IMG/VR virus record: IMGVR_UViG_3300020337_000002
Direction: 5' to 3' (one strand)
DNA from: an uncultured virus (IMG/VR IMGVR_UViG_3300020337_000002)
Taxonomy: Duplodnaviria; Heunggongvirae; Uroviricota; Caudoviricetes
DNA: 60,484 nucleotides
The first letter of the stretch is position 1. Every line of letters starts with the position of its first letter. Positions 10,729 to 18,893 of the stretch are shown piece after piece. The position numbers and the translations under genes were made by a program. The notes under the pieces were generated by a model. It saw only the letters and a program-made list of their open reading frames with translations, ran no database searches and was not told the DNA's origin.

Positions 10729-11424
10729 ATGGCAACAGAAATTACAAAAACATTTACATATGATATCCCCGACGAGTATTTGGCTCAAACAAACTCGAAC
10801 GGAGATACCGCTACAGCTACATATACAGGACCGGACAAATTGTACGTGTTCGTAGATGAAGCTACAAACAAGAATACAGAAGCTCAGCAACCACCTGATG
10901 AAGATTTTCATTACAATCCAAGTACAGACACAGCACCAGATGGTGAACGTGTTGTTACTTTAGATTGTGCGGGTGCTGATACTTTAATGTGTGCTATATT
11001 TTTACCACACACAATAACTTTAACACAATCACAGGTTACAGTTGCACTACCAGAAGGTTATGGAAACTATCAAAATCCGTGGCCACCATATCCAGATCAC
11101 GCATATGAAAGAACACTTTCAGTACATGACGAAGCATCAGGAAATTGGACATTGACTTGGAAGCAACCTTGGCAAACTTGGGCAACATTAATTCAGTTAA
11201 GAAATGATAGATTAGATGCTACTGATTCAAAAGTATCTTCAGATAGCCCAGATGCAATTAAAAATCCTTGGATTGAGTTTAGACAAAAATTAAGAGACCT
11301 TCCTGTAACATGGAAAAAAGGTGAATCAGATGAATATGCTCCACACATGGTTAAGTTTCCAGAAGAACCAGTTGTTGGAGGATTTGCTGAACCACCCGCT
11401 GACGATGGCGTAGGAATAGGATAA
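10729..11424 (+). CDS. Tail/fibre assembly chaperone-like protein
   Basis: C-terminal W..LIQLRNDRLDATD...DSP...WIEFRQKLRDLP motif; ACTAAATA late-type promoter at 10704-10711. Confidence 0.7.
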   Translation: MATEITKTFTYDIPDEYLAQTNSNGDTATATYTGPDKLYVFVDEATNKNTEAQQPPDEDFHYNPSTDTAPDGERVVTLDCAGADTLMCAIFLPHTITLTQSQVTVALPEGYGNYQNPWPPYPDHAYERTLSVHDEASGNWTLTWKQPWQTWATLIQLRNDRLDATDSKVSSDSPDAIKNPWIEFRQKLRDLPVTWKKGESDEYAPHMVKFPEEPVVGGFAEPPADDGVGIG

Positions 11425-11438
11425 TAGGAGAGTAGTTA

Positions 11439-12209
11439 ATGTCTGCATTAAGAACTTTACTTCAATTAGGCGGAAACGAAACCGCATTAACGTTGCGTAC
11501 TATCTATGTGTATCATACATCAATGGATACTACACGTAACAGTAACCCAGGTTGCTGTTGTTTATGGACTGCTAGTGCAGACGTTAAATGGGCCGCATTT
11601 GAAACATGGGGTGCAGGTGGAGACGGTGGCGGAGGCTGTTGTTGTATGGCAGGTTTCCCAGGAGGCTCAGGTTCCTATGGAAGAAAAATTGGAGAAATTA
11701 CACCAGGTGCGGCATTTACCCTTTGTGCAGGGTCGGCAGGTTGCTGTCGTCCAGTAATGGGTTGTCCAGGTTGTGGTAGTTATGCTTGTTCGGCAACAGG
11801 ATGTTGTGACGGAAGTTATTTCTGTTTATGTTCATCAGGTGGCGGATATGGTTGTGCTACTTGTGGATTTGGAACTGCATGGGGTGGACATTGTGGATGT
11901 CCTAACTACGTATGTGGTTGTGTAAAAGGAGCAGATTTTAGTATTTGTGGTTTCAACGGTGGTGGAGCAGGAACATCTATGTGTTCTAGTTCATCATGGG
12001 AGAACATGACATCAGCACCATACGGTGGACAAAGTGCTAGAATGTCAAGAGATAATTGTTATAAAACACACGGTCGTGATAGTGATGGACCAGCTGACTT
12101 CCCAGGAGGAGGTGGTGGTACACTACACACTCACAACGGTACTTGTTACTGTGGTGGACCGGGAGCGGGCGGATTAGTAGTTGTTTACTATCAATCCGAC
12201 GTAGGATAA
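11439..12209 (+). CDS. Cys/Gly-rich fibre-like protein, paralogue 2
   Basis: CCCLW...FETWGAGG.GGGGCCC; 27 Cys in 256 aa; AGGAG SD. Confidence 0.7.
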   Translation: MSALRTLLQLGGNETALTLRTIYVYHTSMDTTRNSNPGCCCLWTASADVKWAAFETWGAGGDGGGGCCCMAGFPGGSGSYGRKIGEITPGAAFTLCAGSAGCCRPVMGCPGCGSYACSATGCCDGSYFCLCSSGGGYGCATCGFGTAWGGHCGCPNYVCGCVKGADFSICGFNGGGAGTSMCSSSSWENMTSAPYGGQSARMSRDNCYKTHGRDSDGPADFPGGGGGTLHTHNGTCYCGGPGAGGLVVVYYQSDVG

Positions 12210-12223
12210 GAGGAGTATAAAAT

Positions 12224-13024
12224 ATGTCAAGTTTAAGATCTTTTGTACCAGGTTACGATACGGGTGTTAAGGCTCCTCAAGCATTTACAGTAAGTTATGC
12301 TTGGAGTTATGATCATAACGAAGCGTGGCCAAGACAAGCTAGAGGCGTTCCACCAACATCAAGATTTTGTTGTAACAACAACGGCGGTAAATGTTGTTTA
12401 TTTACAGTTCCGTCAGGATCTAGTTTTGCAGTATTTGAAATGTGGGGCGGCGGTGCTTCAGGAACTGGAGGATGTTGCTGTATGCAGGGTTATCCAGGAG
12501 ATGGTGGCTCTTACGCAATTAAATCAACAACAGTAGCGGCAGGTGATACTTTCACAATTTGTGCAGGTAGATCAGGTTGCTGTTTATACGCAGGTAATAA
12601 CTATGCAGGACATAACAGTTTTGTTATGGGAACTCCATCAGGACAATCATGTTTCTGTGCAGTAGCTTGTGGTGGATACTGTTCTAACTGTACTCACTGT
12701 CATGGTTACTTTGGATGTTATGGTTGTTGCATGAGTTGTTACAACTGTCAATCACAACCAAATAACGTTGACTTTGGTATAGCAAGTTACACAGGATCTT
12801 CACAAAGATCACAGCATTGTGGAGACAGAGGATTACAATTTACACCGGTTGCGCCAATGGCACAATCAGGACCAAGAATAGGACCAAACGGTTGTTGTAC
12901 ACGTGGAGGTGATCAATTTGGATCATGGCCAGGTGGAGGTGGAGTACACGGATCACCATACGGTGGTGGATGTTGTTGTGGATCACCAGGCGCCGAAGGT
13001 GCTGTTTATGTGGTATACTACTAG
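12224..13024 (+). CDS. Cys/Gly-rich fibre-like protein, paralogue 3
   Basis: CCLFTVP...FEMWGGG..G.GGCCC; 27 Cys in 266 aa; GAGGAG SD. Confidence 0.7.
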   Translation: MSSLRSFVPGYDTGVKAPQAFTVSYAWSYDHNEAWPRQARGVPPTSRFCCNNNGGKCCLFTVPSGSSFAVFEMWGGGASGTGGCCCMQGYPGDGGSYAIKSTTVAAGDTFTICAGRSGCCLYAGNNYAGHNSFVMGTPSGQSCFCAVACGGYCSNCTHCHGYFGCYGCCMSCYNCQSQPNNVDFGIASYTGSSQRSQHCGDRGLQFTPVAPMAQSGPRIGPNGCCTRGGDQFGSWPGGGGVHGSPYGGGCCCGSPGAEGAVYVVYY

Positions 13025-13033
13025 GATATAATT

Positions 13034-14494
13034 ATGGGACACGGATTAGACGCACAAAACAGAAATAACGAAGTTGAAGTTCAGTTTTCATATGATATGC
13101 CAGACGCATATTTGTATCAAACTACAACTGAAGGTAAAGTAGGTACTTGGACTTATAAAGGCCCTAGAGAAATGTGGGTGTTTATGAGAAAAGTAGACAA
13201 CAAACGTTCAGGTGAAGTTAGATATGGATACGAAATTGAAAATGACTTTGTACCAGCGGCTCACGAGTATATGGTTAAAGTTAACTGTGAAGAAAATCCT
13301 TTGCTTTGCGAACTAATGGAAGTACACCAAGATACTTTAATGTTAGAAGGTAGAGAACACATAACAGAAACGTTACCACAAAAAGATATTAACGGTAATT
13401 ACTTTAAGCACATTGAGCCTAAAGTTCCTACTCCAGATCATACATATGACAGAGATGAAATTACTTATGATCCAATTAAAAAAGAATGGAACACACCATA
13501 TCCTTTCTTAAAGCCACACGTAGGTTGGGATGAAATTAAACGTACAAGATGGTCACAACTTTCTTGGTCAGATTCACACGTATCAGATGATATGCCAGAA
13601 TCTTTAGCAAATAAATGGAAACAGTTTAGACAAGAATTAAGAGATTTACCAGAACTTTATGGTGCTTGTTGGACACCTACTATTACAGCAGGTGGAACAG
13701 GTTATTCAGTAGGCGACCACTTATTAGTTGATGCTACTGTATTAGGTTATAGTGCAGATCAAATTGGTACAATGGATGATTTATCAGCACCAATGGGACA
13801 AAGACCAGGTTTTGATTTTGAAGCAGATCCAAATGATGGAGAAGCATGGAAACCAGATGCAACAGCTGACGCAGTAAACGGATCATTAGACGTAAACATT
13901 ATTGTTACAAGCATTGGACAAGACGGTGCTATTACAGGTGTAAGAACACGTAACGCCTTTAACGCCAGACACATGAAAGAAGCTAAAGTAATTAATAATG
14001 TAGCTTATACTATTGTTAAAACAGGTGACAGTTCTACAACAGGAACTGGTGCTACTTTTAAATTAGAAAAGAAAGCACGTATTGAACCTTGGAAAGTTAG
14101 ACTTCCACAATCACCAAAAGCATTACAACCAGGTATTTGGGGCGAAAACGATCAGTTCCCAGGACAAACAGGACGTTATGGTGCGGCTGTAAACGGTATG
14201 GACGCAACATCTACACTAGGTGATAACGTTCCAGATGGTACAGCAGAAGCAAACAGAGATAATCCTAACGATGGTTGGTTGATGGAACACACATATCACC
14301 CTGCAACAGGACACTTTATTCCACCAGAAATGGACGGAAACTATTTTGGTACAGATCTAAACAGATTAGGTTTAAGCACAGACGGTACTCCATTTGATGA
14401 TGGAGCGGCAGATGGGCTACCTGCGGCGCCTACAGACGCTAAAGGCAAGACTAGAATAGCTGGTACTATTACAGCCAGAAAACAAACTTCCTAA
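13034..14494 (+). CDS. Tail/fibre assembly chaperone-like protein with an inserted fibre repeat and C-terminal extension
   Basis: Paralogue of 10729..11424 (F.YD.PD.YL.QT, TY.GP, PDH.Y.R, FRQ.LRDLP). Confidence 0.65.
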   Translation: MGHGLDAQNRNNEVEVQFSYDMPDAYLYQTTTEGKVGTWTYKGPREMWVFMRKVDNKRSGEVRYGYEIENDFVPAAHEYMVKVNCEENPLLCELMEVHQDTLMLEGREHITETLPQKDINGNYFKHIEPKVPTPDHTYDRDEITYDPIKKEWNTPYPFLKPHVGWDEIKRTRWSQLSWSDSHVSDDMPESLANKWKQFRQELRDLPELYGACWTPTITAGGTGYSVGDHLLVDATVLGYSADQIGTMDDLSAPMGQRPGFDFEADPNDGEAWKPDATADAVNGSLDVNIIVTSIGQDGAITGVRTRNAFNARHMKEAKVINNVAYTIVKTGDSSTTGTGATFKLEKKARIEPWKVRLPQSPKALQPGIWGENDQFPGQTGRYGAAVNGMDATSTLGDNVPDGTAEANRDNPNDGWLMEHTYHPATGHFIPPEMDGNYFGTDLNRLGLSTDGTPFDDGAADGLPAAPTDAKGKTRIAGTITARKQTS

Positions 14495-14570
14495 TATAAT
14501 TCCTTTTAAATAACTGCATAGTGCTATTAAGATGTAGCACATAATTACGCACAGATTAAAAGGATGATAA

Positions 14571-15548
14571 ATGTCAACAGATAAAAGAAACTCAGCTATT
14601 TTTATTAATGGCGGTGCCGGACGAGTAATAGCATCTATCCCTGCTCTAGAAAAATTTCAAGAAGAAAATCCAGATGACGATTTTGTAATTGTTTGCGAAG
14701 GTGGAACTGATTTCTTTAAAGGACATAAATCCTTATATGCTAGAGTATATGATCACTGGCATAAAGGTTTATTTCAAGATAAACTAAAAGAACGTGAACT
14801 AATTACACCTGAACCATATAGGGTTTGGGAATACTATAATCAGAAATGTTCTATTGCACAGGCATACGATATTGCTATTAACAACAAAGGACTAAGAACA
14901 CTACAAAAGCCTAGGATTACATTAAACAAAGAAGAAATGATCTTTGGTAAAAAACTTGTAGATGAAGTTAAAGAAAAAACTAAAAAAGATAAGGTAGTAG
15001 TATTTCAACCATTTGGTAGAACAACACAACACGAAAACGGTATGATTTCAGATTACAGTGGTAGAAGTTTTGAAGCTGAAAATTCAGTTAATATTGTTAA
15101 AAAACTTTCTAAAAAATATGGCGTAATTCATATGGCAGAGTTTGGCATTGACTTTGCTAAACATGGAATAAAAGATGCAGTAGCAAGTCCTATGGGAGCA
15201 GACTTAAGACATTGGTGCGGTATTATTTCAAATGCAGATTACTTTTTAGGCTGTGACAGTTCAGGACAACATATGGTCCATGCATTAGATAAAAAATGTA
15301 CAGTAGTTATTGGATCAACTTTTCCTATTAATGTTTCTTATCCAGACGATGAAAACTTTGACATCTTAGATATGGGTGAAGGTGCAAGAACTTACTCACC
15401 TATCAGGGTTACAACTGATGAATATGCTGATAGAACCAACGATGGTGTTATGGCAATGAATGATAAAGTTGAAACAATTATCATTGAGTCAGTTACTAAC
15501 GGACTAACTGGAAAAGAAAGAATAGGTCACAAGTATAAAGAAGATTAA
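14571..15548 (+). CDS. GT-B glycosyltransferase, GT9 (heptosyltransferase)-like
   Basis: N-terminal GGAGRVIASIPAL (cf. GT9 GlGD.l...Pal), VVFQPFG, and C-terminal ADYFLGCDSSGQHMVHAL (cf. GT9 DSG.mH.aaA). Confidence 0.65.
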   Translation: MSTDKRNSAIFINGGAGRVIASIPALEKFQEENPDDDFVIVCEGGTDFFKGHKSLYARVYDHWHKGLFQDKLKERELITPEPYRVWEYYNQKCSIAQAYDIAINNKGLRTLQKPRITLNKEEMIFGKKLVDEVKEKTKKDKVVVFQPFGRTTQHENGMISDYSGRSFEAENSVNIVKKLSKKYGVIHMAEFGIDFAKHGIKDAVASPMGADLRHWCGIISNADYFLGCDSSGQHMVHALDKKCTVVIGSTFPINVSYPDDENFDILDMGEGARTYSPIRVTTDEYADRTNDGVMAMNDKVETIIIESVTNGLTGKERIGHKYKED

Positions 15549-16366
15549 TGTCTAGGCTGTTTACATTTGGCTGTTCATACACTTCTTGGAACTGGCCTAC
15601 ATGGGCAGACTTACTAGGCTTAGACTTTGAAGAACATCAAAACTGGGGTCATGCTGGTTTAGGAAATCGTGCAATAGCTGAACGTGTTTCCGAATGTAAC
15701 ATAAAAAATAAGTTTACATCTACAGACAAAGTAATAGTACAATGGTCAAGTCATTTAAGATATGATTGGCTTAACTTTAATCATGATGAACCTTGGCAAA
15801 CAAAAGGTAGTATATTCAGTTACCAGAATGAAAAAGTTTTTGATAAGAAATGGATAGAAACTTTTTATGATGAAAAGGCTTTATTTTTACACACATTACA
15901 TAACATAGAATTAACAAAAGGATTGTTAGAATCAACAGGTTGTGAATTTCATTTTACAAGCATAAGTGATATTAATACACTAGGTACTGATATTCCACAT
16001 CAAAAAGGACATGGAGAAAATTTAAGAAATACTCCACAACTTGCAAATGCTTTTGAAGAATATAGTTTACAAGATTACAAGCATATACTTAAAGGAGATC
16101 ATTGGTTAGAACCATTAGGTATTCATGCTTGGAATAGACCAGATTTAAGTTGGTGGTTTGAAGAAGATAATGGAGATAAGTGGTTAGAACTACATCCTAG
16201 TCCAGAACAACATTTAAGTTGGGTACATCAATACAATCAGAACCTAACTGTTGAACAAGAAAATTTGATAGATACTACTAACAATGCAAAGACTAATGAT
16301 TATAAAGAAACTATTGCAAACATTACTAAAACAGTAAATTGGAATAGAGATTATAGAGGATTTTAA
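15548..16366 (+). CDS. SGNH/GDSL-like hydrolase or acyltransferase
   Basis: FGCSYT block I, N.G..G.GN block II, late HP...H motif; translationally coupled (TAATG). Confidence 0.5.
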   Translation: MSRLFTFGCSYTSWNWPTWADLLGLDFEEHQNWGHAGLGNRAIAERVSECNIKNKFTSTDKVIVQWSSHLRYDWLNFNHDEPWQTKGSIFSYQNEKVFDKKWIETFYDEKALFLHTLHNIELTKGLLESTGCEFHFTSISDINTLGTDIPHQKGHGENLRNTPQLANAFEEYSLQDYKHILKGDHWLEPLGIHAWNRPDLSWWFEEDNGDKWLELHPSPEQHLSWVHQYNQNLTVEQENLIDTTNNAKTNDYKETIANITKTVNWNRDYRGF

Positions 16367-18172
16367 ATGAAAAAGAAGCCAGTTTGGATTGCCGGAATTG
16401 CAAGGGGACACAATGCAGGTGTTTGTCTTTTAAAAGATGGTGAGATAGTATTTGCAATAGAAGAAGAAAGACTTACACGTCAGAAATATGATGGTGGTCC
16501 TTATGCTTCTATGATGAAAATTTTAGAATACACAGACAAACTAGATTTCTTATGTGTTGCACACACACAAAATTTACAAAGAACAGCAGGTAGAGTAGAC
16601 TTTAGTGGAGATGATGTTTACACAGGACTTGCACGTAAGATGGGATTAATAAGTAGAAAGCCTTATAACCCAGAAGAAAATCACCCACAAGTAATTGACA
16701 TGAGTCATATACATCATAAGTTACACGCCGCGACAGCCTTTTATAGATCAGGATTTAGTGATGCAGTAGCAGTTATTGTTGATGGTGCAGGTACGTTTAT
16801 AGATTTAGCTACTAACCAAGGTGAACCACAAACTGTTTGGGAAACAGAAACAATATATGATTGTGCATATCCAGATAATTTTAAAACACTTTACAAACAC
16901 CTAGGTACTAACGGTCCTATGGTTACGCAGTACTTAAAAGATATGTCAAGTGAGTTATATGATGAACCTAAAGAATGGACACACGATGTTTTACTTACTG
17001 AAAATGCAGGTATAGTAAAAACTTATGAGGCAGTAACAGAATACTGTGGCTTTAGCTTTATTGAAGCAGGTAAAACAATGGGATTATTTCCATATGGTAG
17101 ACGTGCTAATATTAAACTATTTAGAAATGATACTATGTGGCCTATATCAGATAGACAAATGATTATACCTACATATCCAAACGGTGCTCATGTAAACTAT
17201 AACTTCTTTCAAGAACTTGTAGATCATGATAATGAAGATGTAAGCAAATTAGAAAACAGAAGGAATTTAGCTTATGCTGTACAAACAGAAACACAAAATC
17301 AAGTTGTTAAACTTATTAAACGTGCAGTTGAAATGTCCGGTAAGAATAAAGTTGTTATTAGTGGCGGCTACGGTCTTAATTGTGTAGCAAACTATGAATA
17401 TTTAGATCAACTTAAAGATGAAAATATTGAAATATATGTTGAGCCAGTAAGTAATGATGCAGGTACGGCCATGGGTGCGGCAATGTTAATGCATAGAAGA
17501 CTTACAAAAGATAATAAAGTACAAGAACAGCAAGATACGTTATATGAAGGTCCTGCTTATTGTTATTCAGATGATGACATTAATAAAGTTGTAGAAAAAT
17601 ATAATGCAACAGTTGAAGAAGCAGATGATAAAAAAGTAGTTGACATACTAGCAGATAGAAAAATTTGTACAATCTTCCAGGGTCGTTCAGAGAACGGTCC
17701 ACGTGCATTAGGTAATAGAACTATCATGTATGACCCAAGTGATCCTAATGGTAAAGATCACGTTAACCTTATAAAACGTAGAGAATACTTTAGACCTTTT
17801 GCAGGTAGTATACTTGAAGAAGATGTACATGAATGGTTTGATTTACGTGGTATGAAAAGTTCACCAACAATGATGTATGCTGTAAACTGTCAAGAAGGTA
17901 TTGCAGAAAAGATTCCAAGCATTATACACGTTGACGGAACTTGTAGAATACAAACAGTTAGTGAAAAACAAAATCCTCATTACTATAATTTAATTAAAGC
18001 CTGGAAAGAAAAAACAGGATTATCGATTATTTTCAATACAAGTTTTAATTTAGGTGGAGAACCATTAGTAGAAACATTAGATGATGCTGTACGTACATTG
18101 AAACACAGCGACATTGAATACTTGTACTTGCCTGAATATAAAAAACTTGTTACATTGAAAAATGACGGCTAA
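16367..18172 (+). CDS. O-carbamoyltransferase (NodU/CmcH/TobZ family)
   Basis: EEERLTRQK, HHKLHA, DGAG, GKTMGL, SGGYGLNCVAN, DAGTAMG, GPRALGNR, KRREYFRPFA, HVDGTCRIQTV, NTSFN. Confidence 0.92.
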   Translation: MKKKPVWIAGIARGHNAGVCLLKDGEIVFAIEEERLTRQKYDGGPYASMMKILEYTDKLDFLCVAHTQNLQRTAGRVDFSGDDVYTGLARKMGLISRKPYNPEENHPQVIDMSHIHHKLHAATAFYRSGFSDAVAVIVDGAGTFIDLATNQGEPQTVWETETIYDCAYPDNFKTLYKHLGTNGPMVTQYLKDMSSELYDEPKEWTHDVLLTENAGIVKTYEAVTEYCGFSFIEAGKTMGLFPYGRRANIKLFRNDTMWPISDRQMIIPTYPNGAHVNYNFFQELVDHDNEDVSKLENRRNLAYAVQTETQNQVVKLIKRAVEMSGKNKVVISGGYGLNCVANYEYLDQLKDENIEIYVEPVSNDAGTAMGAAMLMHRRLTKDNKVQEQQDTLYEGPAYCYSDDDINKVVEKYNATVEEADDKKVVDILADRKICTIFQGRSENGPRALGNRTIMYDPSDPNGKDHVNLIKRREYFRPFAGSILEEDVHEWFDLRGMKSSPTMMYAVNCQEGIAEKIPSIIHVDGTCRIQTVSEKQNPHYYNLIKAWKEKTGLSIIFNTSFNLGGEPLVETLDDAVRTLKHSDIEYLYLPEYKKLVTLKNDG

Positions 18173-18797
18173 TTTTACACAATACTTCGACACAAAAATA
18201 TACTGGACAGATGAAATAGACGGTTGTGGTAACACCATGATTGATGACTTCCTTGATGCAACCAGTTTTATTACAGAAGATAAAACATTTTACAATGCAT
18301 TAGAATGGTGTAGTGGTCCAGGGTTTTGGGGATTTGGTTTATTAGGTACAGATAAAACAGAAAAGATTACTTTATCAGATGTATGGGAACCAAACAAACC
18401 AGCAGTACTACAAACAATACTAGAAAATAACTTAGATCAAAAAGCACATTTCGTTCTAAGTGATAATTTTAAGTCAATTCCCGAGCAAACATTTGACCTA
18501 ATTGTTGCTAATCCTCCACATTTCAATGGTGACCCGTATGTTGCACACTACGATGAGCCAAGGAAATATAAAGATTTAGACTGGTCTATACACAAAAACT
18601 TCTTTGATAATGTAGGAAACTACTTAACACAAGATGGAGTAATCATACTTGCTGAAAATGTATGGGGATCAAATCCTGATACGTTTAAAGATATGATTAC
18701 AAAGAATAATCTAAAAATAACACATCATTTTCCTTCAAAGCAGTATCCGTTAGATATGTGGTATTTAGGAATCGCGAGAGAATCCGCGGAGCGGTAA
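18162..18797 (+). CDS. Class I SAM-dependent methyltransferase (HemK/MTS-like, NPPH)
   Basis: Motif I LEWCSGPG; motif IV DLIVANPPHF. Confidence 0.8.
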   Translation: MTANFTQYFDTKIYWTDEIDGCGNTMIDDFLDATSFITEDKTFYNALEWCSGPGFWGFGLLGTDKTEKITLSDVWEPNKPAVLQTILENNLDQKAHFVLSDNFKSIPEQTFDLIVANPPHFNGDPYVAHYDEPRKYKDLDWSIHKNFFDNVGNYLTQDGVIILAENVWGSNPDTFKDMITKNNLKITHHFPSKQYPLDMWYLGIARESAER

Positions 18798-18859
18798 AAC
18801 GCAAATTTAATGCCGCGAAGCGGTAAAAAGCGGTAATATGCTTTTGAACAGAAGCCGCT
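18784..18859. repeat. GC-rich island: three GCGGTAA repeats and two GNA-triloop mini-hairpins
   Basis: CCGC-GGA-GCGG (18784-18794), CCGC-GAA-GCGG (18813-18823), and AGCGG...CCGCT (18829-18859). Confidence 0.7.
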
Positions 18860-18893
18860 ACTAATTGAATAAATACTACAAAGAGGATGTTTA

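Noticed and set aside
12689..12703. CTHCH, a CxxCH heme-c motif, in Cys-rich paralogue 3
   Set aside because: No signal peptide, not conserved in the two paralogues, and expected by chance at about 10% Cys
9953..13024. Possible diversity-generating retroelement targets or RiPP precursors
   Set aside because: No reverse transcriptase or near-identical template/variable repeat pair seen; proteins are about 250 aa with a fibre-type scaffold, not leader-core peptides
18784..18859. Possible mini-CRISPR or tRNA
   Set aside because: Repeats are only 7-16 nt with irregular spacing; no cloverleaf or T-loop consensus
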